64,000 nt of DNA from Phoronis australis. Its lineage: Eukaryota; Animalia; Phoronida. The notes below the pieces were generated by a model, which made no database searches, had not been told where the DNA came from, and saw only the letters and a program-made list of their open reading frames with translations. The stretch lies in the NCBI GenBank assembly GCA_002633005.1, contig NMRA01000663.1:100388-164387 (forward strand), written 5' to 3'. How positions within the stretch are numbered: position 1 is the stretch's first letter; every line of letters begins with the position of its first letter. The position numbers and the translations under genes were made by a program. Of the stretch, positions 12,201 through 24,646 are shown piece after piece.

Positions 12201-15200
12201 TCATCTTCAGTTGTTCATTAAATTGACAGAATGACTGTCAATGAGGTTTTTATCATTCTTGACTGGATTTTTTGAGTTTCTTTTTTGATTGTTTGAAATT
12301 TCATTTATTTTTAATGTATTACAAAGAGCTTTTGAAAAAGTTACAAACAACCTCAGCCTCATCTTAGCTTATAAGCACTAATACAGTTGTAAACTATAGC
12401 CAGTTGCTTTAAAAAAATATGAGTACAGCCCCAGAAATCTCTTTCACATGTATCCTTGTTCTCATTCATTCCCTTGCATACATTAGGAGGTCAAACCACA
12501 AGTTGTTTTGATCAGTTGATATTTTTGCTGGGCTGGCTAAAAAGACATTTTCTTGTCAGTGGTCTATGAATATTATTTCCTTTTCAAAATCCTTAATTGA
12601 AGCTTAATCTTTCAAGTGTCATTTGTAAGCTTCTTCGTTTATTAACAGTCAATGATTGTGTTGGATATGGAAAAATAAAGCTTAAATTAAAATGTATCTA
12701 TTATTATGTTTTTGATTTTGATTTTTTGACCAAGTTTTTATTTTCATTTTGGGCTTAATACATTTTTTTTATTTAGAGAATGTCAGTCGTCTAAAGAAAC
12801 TAGAATATCTGAACCTGGCACTGAATAATGTCGAAAGGGTAGAAAATTTAGAAGGTAAGTCTTGCCTGTCAAAAGCAAATTAAAAAGATGCACTTTTCAA
12901 AATGTCAGAGTCCAATTTCATAGATAACACTGCTATAAACCTTGTTTTCCATAAAGAAAACCAACTTTAGCTTTAAACCATTTACTGTTATGAAGTTGGT
13001 CCAAAGTTAAACGGCTCTGATTTCTGGTCTTGGTAAGAATTTACAATTCGTTGTTGCTTGAAACCAGGCTCTACAAGCTGACTTCTCCTTTTTTATTTGG
13101 GTACCATAGTCTTAAGGCATAACAAACTGTTCTTTGCGAGACAACATCATTTTTCATTTGAGTAAGGAATGAACTGAGACAAAAATTTTTTGAAAGTAAG
13201 TGATCTCAATTAAGTTTAATTTCTTCAACAGGATGTTGGTTTATTGCCACTTTACTTTGTTTCCATGATTGTTCTAAATTTCGAAAGTGTAATAAGTTTA
13301 CTTGAACATGATTTGTATAGTGTTAAAGCTGCATTTTGCTCAGTGTTGCTGGCTAAAAAACAAAAATCTATTTGGGCATTACTCGGAGTCATAAAATTGG
13401 TCTCGTAAGGTTTCCTTACAGTGATAGGATTACAATTCTATTGTCAACTGATGTCTTAGGCTATGCGTACATGCACAATATAATTCACAATTTTATGGTT
13501 GACCGACCTCATTAAAGTCTGAAACATTGTGTTGAGTTGCTGATGGTTTTGATGTTCTTGTTAGAAACGGAAATGGAATCCTATCATGATAACGAATATT
13601 ATGAGACCAATTCTATGAGAGTAAAAAGCTTAATTCTATTTTTGTTTTTGTCCAGCTCAGCGTGGCAAAATGCAGCTTCAGGCAATTCAGCAGAGGACTA
13701 TTTTCGTACACAGAAAGTGGAGGGCACTGGAAGTGGTGGCGATGTCAAAAATGATGACATCCGAGGGGGTATTCAATTGGCTTAGATTTTTTATTTTGTG
13801 TGGCACTTGGTATTCAACGAGGTGCCAATTTTCCAGGTCGTTCCTTTGTATTCTGTTGGTCTAGATTTTGATGGTGAAAAAGAACTTGCACTCGTAGAAA
13901 TGTATGTTTTATCAAATCCAATTTTATGGTGTAAATATTGTGCTAACATTGATATGTACTGCATTTGTCAAGAGCTGTTTCTGAATAGTTGGTGAGATAT
14001 TTAAAAAGAGTCTCCTTGTATAGATTGGGTAAAAACAGTCATTATAGACATTCACACCATGAGGTTGCCTTTTTCATGCAGTGCTTTGTTTTGTATTTTC
14101 GGTTGTGTACAACTGCGTTATCTGTTTGTTTTGTAGGCTGTGAGTCATTACAGAAGTTAGACCTAACAGTTAATTTTGTTGGCGAACTGACAAGCATAGA
14201 AAATTTGAAGCACCTCGAACACTTTCAGGAACTGTAAGGACAGGCAGTAGATTTGTTGTTTCAGATAATCGCGTCATCTCTAAAAATAAGCGCTACATTA
14301 AACTGTATTGTTTAGAGCTCCATGCTGTGGCATCCCTGCAAACCATGATTTTGACTGTTTGCTTTGTTTTTTAATCATTATTGCATGTCATAAAATTGTG
14401 TACCGAAAAGAGTTCTTGGATTACTTCAACGACAAAATTCGCTGCTAATTTGATTTATTCTAGTTTGAAATGAGCGATTTTGAATTGACTTAATAAGTGG
14501 TGTGCAGGACTATTATAAGTAACTACCAGGTGTTGATTTGCCATTGGTTGAGAAGATCCTGAAACCTAGCCATTGGTATTCAAGTTATTCTATTCTAGGT
14601 ACATTAAAACATATTTCCACGTCATTGAATGTAAATTTGACATCAAAATATTGAAGTTTATAATTTAGCTTTGATAGCCATCCCCTATACGCTCTGACAT
14701 GGTTATGCCCCTAACGAGTAAAATGTCATTCATAATACAAACCAGTTATTTTTAAATAATTATGCTTTGGGAATATATTTTTGTTATTTTTTGTTATAAC
14801 TTACAAATAAAAATGTTGAATGTGAGAGGATGTTTGAGTGGACATCAAAATAGCCTCACAGTTCGAGCAAACTAGACAGAGATGTAAACGGTTGTTTGTT
14901 TGTATTTTCGTAGCTTTTTAACCGGCAACCCCTGCGTTGAGTACGAGGGCTACAGGACTTATGTCATCGCTACCCTTCCTCATCTCATGGTAAGGAACAA
15001 GCTCTGATGATAACTTAGCTAACTGATTTGCATTGGGTGATGTTTATATTGTGCTGGTTAAAAGTTTTGGTCTTGTGAGTCCACTGCACCCCAACCAAAG
15101 ATGATGTCATGCACTGCGATTAATTCCAGTGCCACCTCGAGTTTTTGTTCCAAGTTAAACGGACTCCTGATCGGTAACCTGAATGAAATTAGCGAAATTA

Positions 15201-18200
15201 GTTAATATCAGGAGTAACATAAGAAATGATGCTCAAATGTTGACCAAAGCACATGCGCGTAACATTGTCTAAAACACATTTGGCCTATTATTCTTCATCT
15301 TTAAGGGGCCATAACAAAGCTTGTATTCAGCATCATACAAGTTGGAAATCATTAAATGACAGGAGACAGCCAGGCCTTCATGCAGCGTACGTCCTGGGCG
15401 TCCAAATGGACGCCCTAGCACTAATGTAGACGCCCTGGCAAGGACGCCCAATGTATCATTTGGACGCCCTGTCAATCAGAATTTCTCCAGTTTGGACACC
15501 CACATTGTAAGATTACTAAGACTCCCAGTTAATCAAAGAGAGAAGTTGGCCCTTTCAACTCAGAAAGAAATATACAATGTATTTCAAATGTTGCAATGTT
15601 CAAACTATTTTCACAGTATTTAGTAGACCTGTCAATCATTAGCACGTGTTTGGTTGCCAGAGTGTCTGCTTTCAGTAGACTCATGTGCCACTGCAATTCT
15701 GTACTTTATATAGGGACAGGGACCTTGCTCAACTCCAAACTGGTGTTTCAGAGCTGTAGTTTCATCTACTTCATCTTTTTTTGAAAACACCAAAAGCGAA
15801 ATAAATGTCATTATTTTAATAATATGATGTGCCGCAAGAATATCCCCATTTAAAATGTTTGAGTTTTCGCCCGTTTCATGCTTTTGTATGTGCGTCTAAA
15901 ATGGAGCAGCAGTGACACCTGTTGCCAAAATATNGTGGGCCCACATGCGAGGCCTACGCACCTCTGGTACAATGTGTATCAGACCGCCTGCAATTATTTT
16001 TTTTCTATTAAGTTTGTTATGTTCGGGCTGTGCTGTGAGGTGAGTTTCCTGACTGCGCTGATCGGGAACTCGTACCAACGCAATAGACTGTTTGTCAAGT
16101 TTAATTGAGTGTGACTCTATGGCTCAGATTGTGATGTTGGAAATTTCTCGGTTTTAAAAGTCCAGTGGAATGGTACATAACATTCAAAACATAACATCAC
16201 CCGATTAGCCATATACAGTATTATGATATGGTGTAACAGTTGAATAATGATTGTACAGTTTAAGGAAAAATGATAAGAAAAAGAGATTAAATTGAAACAG
16301 AATGAAACACAAATTAACGTACACTTGGTGTTTGGTATCAGGGCATTTATTCAAACGTCTGCTTTAATTGTTTTTAGCACTTAGATGGCACAGAAATTGA
16401 GAGATCGGAAAGAATCAAAGCCTTGCAGGAGTTTGACCAGGTATATCCTCGTATTCTACAACAACAAGAAGAGTATAAACGGAAGAGGGTGAGTTGACAA
16501 AGGAGGGATATAGTCTGTTAGTCTTCACTTGTTTCATGAAAAAGGTAGAGCCAAAATTGTCTCTTTTATCTTTTAAAGGCTGAGATTATCTTGCTGCAAA
16601 TAGTTTGACCAAATATTGTTTTTAGCATCCACTCAGTTTATAAGCCAATAAGACTAAAATTTTTTTGATCTTTACTTTTGCTGAGAAATTTGATGTAATG
16701 AAATTTTGCTAGTCGACCATGTTGTGACCTCAATAGATGAATTAGTAACTTTACTTTCAGTCAGTTCAGATATTATTAGTGAAGAATCACTTTGCGAAGA
16801 CTTCACATCCTGGGGCTTGTTATATCAAGAGTGATACATCCTGTAATACCTTAGGCAATCACAGCTAAGGTCTTGTGCTCATTATTGGGAATGGAACAGT
16901 GTTGTTTTTAAAAGAGCTAAACATTGAAAGTCACGAGAACTTCTGGGGCAGATCCAGGATTTTGAGTTACGGGGGCCCAGGGTAGGGTATTAGCCAGGAT
17001 TTTGTCCATCAGACATTCATAGCCCCTTACTGCCAAGTGGAATCGGGGAGAATTTTAGGGGGGGGGGCATGACTCCCTAGGCCCCCATCTAAATCCGCCA
17101 CTGAACTTGACCATATTCAATAACTAAACTTGAATGACCACAAACTACTGAACATCTTTGAAGTGTAATGCAACATACAACTATACTAACATATGGCTTC
17201 TGATAAAGCTAGGAGCAGTTTTCTGTTTTGTTCATTACATTCCATTATTTCAAAGTCCGATACTGATCATTTGAATGTTGAAAACTTTTAAGAGGTTTTT
17301 CTATTTATTGAATTCGCCCTATCTCTTGACTTTGTACCTTATTGTTTTGTTAATGAATATACATTCAACTTGGTTTTAATGTTCAAGGAAAAACAAAAAC
17401 TTGAAGAAGAAGAAAAGGAGAAGAAAGAGCAAATGAGAAGCGAGAGTAAACCTGGATTTGACGGACGGTGGTATACAGATATCAATGAGTCGTGAGTGTT
17501 GCACTTGTTTGTGTGTAACTGGAGGTCCATCTTCCTTTGATTACTCGTGTGCCACAAATTCAGTGACGGTCAATGAGACGATTTTAATGAAATTAATTTC
17601 CACATTCCGGATTTAATGCTCCTCTTTTTGGAGGTAGAAAAGCATTTTATGTGATCGACTTATTTATTTCTGAGCCTCTTTCAATTTTCATTTTTTATTA
17701 CTCTCTATGCAAAAAAATTTAATGCAAAATAGGGATTAACACAGCACCAGTGTGCAGCTGTCGACCAAGTGCCCAGCAGTATTGTGCCAGGTAAATACTG
17801 CCAAACCATCTGTTTTTTTTTCTTCTTTCCAGTGACAAGAAGGACATGTCTCAAGGCGATGCATCTGATAATAAAGAGAACAAGAGTGATAGAGACAAGG
17901 AAAAAGAGTGAGTCATTTGGCATGTTTTCATCCGTTATGCATTCCCATATTCATATACTTCTGTATTCTCTTGTATTTAGACCAGAAACAGCTGTAGACC
18001 CACATTCTGTCCGAGAAGTGAACTTGAGAAGGGATTTGTGGTTTTGCAAAGAACTGTCTGGCAATTCGTTATTTCTTGAGACCATAATGCCCTTGAGACC
18101 ATGATGACCTTGAGACCATGATGACCTTGAGACCATGATGACTTTGAGAACTTGATGCCCGGCACATAAAACGACACGCCGTGACAATTGTCAAGTTATA

Positions 18201-21200
18201 GAGCCTGGTCTCAACCAATAAGAAACTGTTATTGGTTTTAACCAAAACAACAGTTTCAAAACTTGTGCTACTTGGGGCTTTAAAGTTACTTCAAAAATGA
18301 ACTCCACTGTAGATCAACTCATTCTCACTGCAGTACAAATTTGCCTTCTCCGTGTGTTATGTGTCAGTTGTTGGCTTATTTGTCCACTAGTAGTTTGTAC
18401 TTGATATTTGTGTAATTGGGTAGGAGGCCTCAGTGTTCTATTCTGACTAGTCTGCTGTGAGTGTAGCAAAAGATTGTTTGTAGGGTTAGCACAAGTCAAG
18501 AAGCCAATTGACCCTTGTTTTGTCGATTCTGCTTGTCTGAGCTTTGAGACAGGAATCTTTAAATGCTTGTAACTATTTGGTTTGCGTCTTGTAACTTTTG
18601 ATCATCTCGATTGTGCTTCAAAAAGTTTCAAAAGTTGGAAGCAAGAATTTGTCCGTAAGATTAAAATTTAAATTTAAATTCCATCTCTGGTTTTTCCAGT
18701 CAAACAATGGAACAAGGTTACATTCTAGTCATTTGGAATTTGTGCATACTTATTTAATAGCAGAACCATTATCTTTGGAATTTCTTTCCTTCTTGTCTGA
18801 GAAAAAATACTAGCCCATGGATTTCGACTAAGATGTGTATTTAGATGCACGTTGACAAAAATTGTTGATCACAAAACAATGTTCAGGATTAATTATTTTC
18901 AACAATGTTCGCTTGAGCTCTCTGTATGTTTGATGATTGCTCACTGCACAACAATAAAGCAGACGGCCAAGAAAACATGGTTGTGTGTTCAACAAATTTT
19001 GTCAATGGTTTGCGTGCTGCCAAATCATTCAGTTGCATGTACAAAAACATACAAAATCAGTTTACAAAAAAGTACTGTCTTACAGACCAATTCTCCTCTC
19101 CAATAATAACATTGTGCTTTGAAGGAAAAGTGATGTTGTTTTAGAGGGTTTAATAGTATCTGGACCTAAAGTGAGTAGATGTAGATGTAGATGTTATAAT
19201 TTCCTACTTCATCGTTAGAATCTGTCTGTAACGTTTCCAAAAACAGTCTCAGATTTTCCGTGCTCATTTCTTTCATTGAATTTAGAGACATTATAAAAGG
19301 TCCCTAACCTAACTCCTTATGCAACAAGCTAAAAACCCTCATTACCAATAAATGTTATTCTGGTTACAGGTTTTGGGATGAAAAAGTTGCCTATACACCC
19401 GAATCGAGAATAAAAGTGCATAAACATCTTGAGGAAGCCCGTAAAAAAGAAGAAAATAGGTAACAAAGAAGAAAATAGGTAACGTTAACGCTAAATAGGA
19501 AAGGGTTCTCTACTGTGTGGCATCTGGAAGTTCAAATAGTGAGTCCAGGAGGCGCTCTTTCATGCAGTAAATGTAGACCTGTTTGATATGGTTACTTTGT
19601 GACTGGTAAAACTTGTTGAGGTTTATTTTCTTACCTAATGGGACCTGTGAAAATGTGCCTGACATTCTTAAAATAGGTCAGTGAAAACAATGCGCTTTCT
19701 TGCCTCTGGTACAGAGGAGAGTTCTGTCACTGTGTAATCCAAGGCGGCCCTATTGTCCAGCAGGACAGTGAGAGACATGATGAGTGTACACCATCGTCAT
19801 CCAATGCTATCAATCCGAAATCACCTTGTTTTGTCAGTATTGCGTTGTTACTCGGGAAGAAAGCTAAAATGTTCTGCGCTGTTGTCATCTACATATTAAG
19901 GAATGTTTACAATGTATAGCATCAAAGGAATGTTTTACAACAAACAGGACCTACTATTACAACAGAAATACTGCCCAGATTTCTTGATGTGTATCAGACT
20001 AAAATTAAGGTCCATTTCTGAAATTTCTACTATTCTTCAGCAAAGAAGACACACCCAAGAAACAAAGGACCCTTATAACAGAGGATGGTAGAATCCTGAA
20101 TGTCAATGAAGCCCAGTGAGTAAAATAGACAAGAGTGTGATATGTTGGACTATCACTGAAATTGATGATCAGCATAGATGGCAATAGTCACTTACAGGTG
20201 TGCCCACAATACTTTATTTTTGTCAAGTCTTTTGACTAAAAATCTGTTTTTATGAGAAATTTGTGTTACGTAGCGAGAGAATGAATTGAACATAACCATA
20301 TCGATCGTGCTTGAATATGTATTCTTTCGTGTGATTATCAAACGACCACCTATTGGTAACTCGCTTTAATTTTTTTTCTTTTCATTTTAAGCAGTTTTGT
20401 TTTTCAGTTGAAATTTGAAACCATTTTTATATTTTTCATTTCAGAGTTGATTTTTCCCTCATCGATGATGAAGATAAGAATGAGTATGTTCTTGATATCG
20501 CTGTGTTCAGGTTAGTTGGTATTAATAAATTATTAAATGTAAGTGCTTCATTATGGGTGTAATGATACATATGCAACGCCACCTGTGTCAAATGTACAAA
20601 CTACTTAACCAGTGAACTCACTGATACATAGTAAAGCAGTTTATAACAGTGAAAAGAAATCACAGTGTAAAGAAGGTGTAAGAAAATGCACATGACTCAT
20701 CACATTTATTCAAAAATGTAAAAATGTGTGATTCGGTGACATTTAGCGAAACTTACGGTAGTTCTTAGCAGCAAATACCATATCGTAACTGAAAATTCAT
20801 ATGAAATATTGTTAGTAAAACAGCAATTTTTTTAGAAAAGCTTCCTTTGTTACTGAACTTTGAAGGGTTAGAAAAGTGGTCAATAGTCAGACCATCCCAC
20901 GTTGTCAGAATGACGTGTTCTAAAACCAGGATAACGCAGATGTTGATCTCACGAGACAGGTCATTGTCTGCATACTCAGGCAGCCAAAGTGTTGGAAGTA
21001 AACTTGTATATACGCTGGTTTTAGTGCTCTGGTTTGAGTAATACACTTATAGTGTTCAGGCTTCCACAGTAATGACAGAACATGTGCTGTAGGGTTTTAA
21101 GTGAGAACACTTTGTTCCTACATCCCCATTCAGGTTCCATGCTGTAAAGTTATTGTTGCAGAGATGTGCAGTGATTCACGTTCTCAAATTTTCATATTAA

Positions 21201-24200
21201 TTGTTTTTCAGACACATGGATACATCGCTATTGGACATTGATGTTCAACCCAGTTACATACGAGTGTACTTGAAGGGCAAGGTATGGAAATAAATAGGTC
21301 AAGAAACTAGCCATGCATAGACATCATTGCGAGTTCTTTCAAATCATTGTTGCTGAAATACTGCCTAATGCTTATTTTTGTTGTTTTTCGATTTGTGGAC
21401 TAAAACCTGCCTTAAACCCAAACATTCATCACAAAAAACGACTCAATTTAGATCGTTTTTCGTAATCAAATCACTCTCCAGTAACAATGAACCCCGAGTT
21501 CTTTCCAAGCCCACGAACCACTGTTTGTCTGAGTAAGGGACAGTTTTGTAGCAGAAATGATGTAAATCAAAAATGGATGCGAATTTGTTGTCACTTTGAT
21601 AAGTCATTGTAAGTTTTTGTCTTCTAATTACAAATAGTTGTCTGGATTAGCTAATTAAGGCTGATCATACTTAGGATCCTTTTACCTCTCTTGCTAAATG
21701 TTGTAATACTAAATATTTCAAATCTTTTTCGGTTTTAATAAGCCATTTTTCATTAAAATAGTTGCCCTTGCTTGCAAAAACTATTAATAACTGCATGATA
21801 ACACAATTTTTATCTGTCTCTATTAGATATTTATGGCACTCTAAGTTGGGTTTTGTTCCCGTGAGAATTTTCTCATGGAACGAGGGCATGTGCTTTACAG
21901 CGGAGGCAAAGTTTAAGCAAATAATGTGTGTGTAAATGTGTTTCCGCGGTAAAATCTCACTAATTTCAGACGACAGTAATTGCCAACATTGTCAGTTGTC
22001 AGAGGGTTGTGCCGTTGTTGTGAATGTCCACAGTTTGTTGAAATATTGTCTGTTGATGGCTGTGCTACAGAACTAGAATGTGGAAAAGCATTCATTTGTT
22101 GCTATCTTTTATGGAAAAAATGAGAAAATGAAATTTCAAATGTCCCCCGTATTGTATCCTGATTTGGTGAGATTTTACCATAAGTTATGGTATGGATATA
22201 TGACACACATTCAAGACTATAGTACTGAACGTGAGCACTGAATGGTTGGTCTGTTCACTACAAACTGTATTAAAACTTGCAATGATTCCACGTTTCGTTG
22301 TTTATTTCTCCAGCCACCGTCAGGTTTTGTGAAGTCAAACTTTATTATTCTCTAATTCAAAGATTGCTCGTCAAATAAATTTCCCATGCAATGCTGGTAC
22401 CAAATGTTCTTTAAATGCCAAAAGTAATTGTTGAATAAATATTATGACCCTTAATTTTCCATCATGATGGCTAGATGCTAGTAAAATCCATGTTTGTGAG
22501 AAAAGATCATGGGCAGTTATTGCAGTGTTTTGTCCAATTTTGTTTTTCCAAGTATTGAGTATCATGTTTTTTCAGGTGCTACAGTTAAAATTTGATGAAG
22601 AAGTTAACGTTGATTCCAGTAGTGCGCAGAGATCTTCAACCACAGGTCACTTGGTGGTCACATTACCTAAGGTCAGTGCCTCTGAACTATGAACTTTGAA
22701 CTAAACTCAATACTTGACCAATTACAGAATTCTATTTTCGCATATTGTAGAATACAATCATTTACAAAATATGTCAATAGACTGGTACTTGCAAGTTTGG
22801 AGAGATTTTGTGTTAGGTTTATGCGATTGATTTAATTGTTGTTGTTTTGTTGCCTCTTTTTGTCTCCCTTATTTTCTCGATTCCAAACTTGTACACCTTG
22901 TATATATGTATATGTGTTATACTTCGAAAGAAAAATATGAAAAAGATACTTGACTATATTAAATAAGTAGAATCAATAATAAACATGATTTAAGAAGTCA
23001 CAAACCTCCTCATGCAGACCAACACGATAACTCACCAGCAAACCGTTCTATAAATAGACCGCATTGTAGTTTCATGTCACGTGACATCGTGAACTTAGAA
23101 CACCTTTGTTTAGCCACGTGTGTCGGTAGCGGCTGCGGTAAAATTTGCCAAAATTCGGGATTGTATTCAGCTAAGTCTGTGTGTGGCATTAGAAGCAGAG
23201 GAGTTGGTTGGATGCACTTTTGATCGCAGTTTGAGTTTAATGTGTTTTTGCGTTTATAAACCATAAAAAGTTTGAATCTGTGCCTTCAATAGTGCTGCAG
23301 ATCGCAACTGTCCAGTTTCGGTACCTTTTTAGTTGATGTTAAATTTAAAATGAGCAAACATCTATTTTTAAGCAATAAGTGAAATTTCACCCACACGCTA
23401 TTTTAAAAATTTGGTCCTCAGTGTTACTCAAGTCGGTTTCACACATAGGAGCATCCTTCTGGATTCTCATATTGACCCAGGTTCACACACAGGTGCATAG
23501 ACGCACACTCGATATAACTTAAGTATGGAATTTGACTCGAAGCTCTAAAAACTGTATTACTTTGGGAAAGGTTTACTTGTGATTGATTTTTTCAATTTTG
23601 ATTTTCAGGTGAAATCGTGCATTAAACCAAGTGCTTCAAAACCACCAATGCAAAATAAGCCACAGAAAAATACACCGTCACAGTCTCAGGAAAAGCAAGG
23701 GTTTGTAGTTTTGTTTCCAAAATGATAGCGTTGTTTTCCAGTGACTTGTTTTTAAGACAAACCAATGGTAATCTTTTTGAAAGTTACCAATGAAATTGAA
23801 TCCCAAGATGAGTTCTTAAAATGCAAAATAATGTGCAATATTTGTGAAAACATTTTCAGCAAATTTTAGCTGTACCACTGAAAGTTTACCTCAGTTTATT
23901 ACTGTTGTTACATAGCAGGGGGTCTGATAAATTTTAGAGCAAAATTCCATGCCGCATAATCCGAAGTCCATTTCAGCTGCTTATTACGCTTCGTGTTCTA
24001 ATTAAAAGATGTTTACCAGCTCTTAGACGCATTAATGTGCTCATTTCAAGCATACATGGCCACAGGCCCAAGGTACAGTTTCTAACAAAATAAAAATGGT
24101 TCCCAATGATACACTTGATCAATTCTTTGTGTCTTGATGACCTCTTGCAAAAAACATATTCAAATCTAATTACACCTTTCTCATGATTTTTTGACCGATA

Positions 24201-24442
24201 ATTTTTCTGACAATTCACATTTGGCACACACTTAACTTTTTTATTTCTTTGAAAATTTCAGATCATCTCACGAAAAACTTGAAGTGGATCCCAGCAAATC
24301 CCAAGGACCTGACTTTGGAAATATTGTGAAGGAGAAGTCTCCTGTGCCACCACTAGGTGGCGCTCTAAGGACTCATAAGAAAGAGGAGAGAGCAAATAGC
24401 GAAGACTTTGTTGACGATCCCGATGTTCCTCCTTTAGAGTAG
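9268..24442 (+). CDS. LRRC6: Leucine-rich repeat-containing protein 6 / dynein axonemal assembly factor 11 (tilB homologue), complete, 16 coding exons, 462 aa
   Basis: Sixteen GT-AG exons sum to 1389 nt in frame: [56 protein letters not shown]...[10 protein letters not shown]...[11 protein letters not shown]...GNPC...[11 protein letters not shown]...FWDEK..YTPESR...[13 protein letters not shown]...[19 protein letters not shown]...EKLEVDPSK...[11 protein letters not shown]. These are hallmark motifs of LRRC6/DNAAF11. Confidence 0.97.
9295..9308 (+). promoter_or_regulatory. Candidate RFX X-box in LRRC6 intron 1
   Basis: GTTAAAATGGCAAC versus the X-box consensus GTTNCCATGGNAAC (perfect right half), 18 bp after the first coding exon of a ciliary gene. 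Confidence 0.45.
9819..10890 (+). repeat. Interspersed repeat family A (copy 2), split by a MITE at 10034-10583
   Basis: Alignment to 2110-2600 resumes exactly after the insertion and its 8-bp duplication. Confidence 0.85.
10034..10583. mobile_element. Foldback MITE with ~134-bp near-perfect TIRs and 8-bp TSD (hAT/P-like) in LRRC6 intron 1
   Basis: CACAGGCGTCCTCAGCTTCTGATCG...TTTGC is inverted at 10450-10583. GGTTGCAG is duplicated at 10026-10033 and 10584-10591, and the empty site in family-A copies carries a single such 8-mer. A second internal inverted repeat spans 10287-10346 / 10390-10448. Confidence 0.9.
11376..11469 (+). CDS. LRRC6: LRRC6 exon 2
   Basis: ctcag|TA ACG GAA...GAA AG|gtattg; [30 protein letters not shown]. 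Confidence 0.95.
12020..12093 (+). CDS. LRRC6: LRRC6 exon 3
   Basis: tttcag|A...G|gtaaga; [24 protein letters not shown]. Confidence 0.95.
12777..12854 (+). CDS. LRRC6: LRRC6 exon 4
   Basis: atttag|AG...G|gtaagt; [25 protein letters not shown]. Confidence 0.95.
14137..14233 (+). CDS. LRRC6: LRRC6 exon 5
   Basis: ttgtag|GC...CT|gtaagg; [31 protein letters not shown]. Confidence 0.95.
14914..14989 (+). CDS. LRRC6: LRRC6 exon 6
   Basis: tcgtag|C...ATG|gtaagg; [25 protein letters not shown] (LRRcap). Confidence 0.95.
15372..15590 (+). mobile_element. Partial copy of the hAT MITE at 6545
   Basis: Shared gacgccctggcaaggacgcccaatgtatcatttgga...tgtcaat...gtttggac.cccacattgtaa. Confidence 0.7.
16378..16488 (+). 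CDS. LRRC6: LRRC6 exon 7
   Basis: ttttag|CAC...AGG|gtgagt; [37 protein letters not shown]. Confidence 0.93.
16943..17103. mobile_element. Short hAT-like MITE (CAGKGGCRGATCC family), 5-bp TSD AACTT
   Basis: ctggggcagatccagg...aaatccgccactg flanked by AACTT on both sides; near copy at 30508-30653. Confidence 0.75.
17388..17491 (+). CDS. LRRC6: LRRC6 exon 8
   Basis: ttcaag|GAA...TC|gtgagt; [34 protein letters not shown]. Confidence 0.9.
17833..17907 (+). CDS. LRRC6: LRRC6 exon 9
   Basis: tttccag|T...GA|gtgagt; [24 protein letters not shown]; poorly conserved linker that keeps the frame. Confidence 0.82.
18075..18159. repeat. 17-bp minisatellite (CTTGAGACCATGATGAC)x5
   Basis: Direct inspection; first and last copies diverged. 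Confidence 0.9.
19370..19459 (+). CDS. LRRC6: LRRC6 exon 10
   Basis: ttacag|G...AG|gtaac; [29 protein letters not shown]. Confidence 0.92.
20041..20115 (+). CDS. LRRC6: LRRC6 exon 11
   Basis: cttcag|C...CA|gtgagt; [24 protein letters not shown]. Confidence 0.93.
20445..20510 (+). CDS. LRRC6: LRRC6 exon 12
   Basis: tttcag|A...AG|gttagt; [21 protein letters not shown]. Confidence 0.93.
21212..21281 (+). CDS. LRRC6: LRRC6 exon 13
   Basis: tttcag|A...AAG|gtatgg; [23 protein letters not shown]. Confidence 0.95.
22576..22671 (+). CDS. LRRC6: LRRC6 exon 14
   Basis: tttcag|GTG...AAG|gtcagt; [32 protein letters not shown]. Confidence 0.95.
23609..23700 (+). CDS. LRRC6: LRRC6 exon 15
   Basis: tttcag|GTG...GG|gtttgt; [30 protein letters not shown]; supplies the phase required by the last exon. 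Confidence 0.82.
24262..24442 (+). CDS. LRRC6: LRRC6 terminal coding exon 16
   Basis: tttcag|A TCA TCT CAC GAA AAA CTT GAA GTG GAT CCC...GAT GTT CCT CCT TTA GAG TAG; [10 protein letters not shown]...DDPDVPPLE*. Confidence 0.95.
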
Positions 24443-24492
24443 TCATCGCAGACTGACCCGACTACATGCTTAAGACTCCTGAGACTGCATCA

Positions 24493-24646
24493 CAAACATT
24501 TTGAGTCTGGTCTGCACGCCACCTGTTGGCCACATCACGTGACCTAATGAACCTAAGTCCCGGGGCAGAAATCTTTTCGGACTTTTGTTCATTAGGTCAC
24601 GTGGTGTGGCCAACAGGTGGTGTGCAGACCAGACTTAAAATGTTTG
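24493..24646 (+). repeat. Long inverted repeat (60-bp arms) in LRRC6 3'UTR; MITE-like hairpin
   Basis: Arms 24493-24552 and 24587-24646 are reverse complements with 3 mismatches. Confidence 0.9.

Noticed and set aside
13537-13785. 82-aa ORF with a signal-peptide-like segment nested in LRRC6 intron 4
   Set aside because: Short, with no recognisable family or neuropeptide repeat pattern; cannot be supported without expression data.
18075-18159. Regularly spaced repeats as a possible CRISPR-like array
   Set aside because: Contiguous 17-bp units with no unique spacers in a eukaryotic intron; an ordinary minisatellite.
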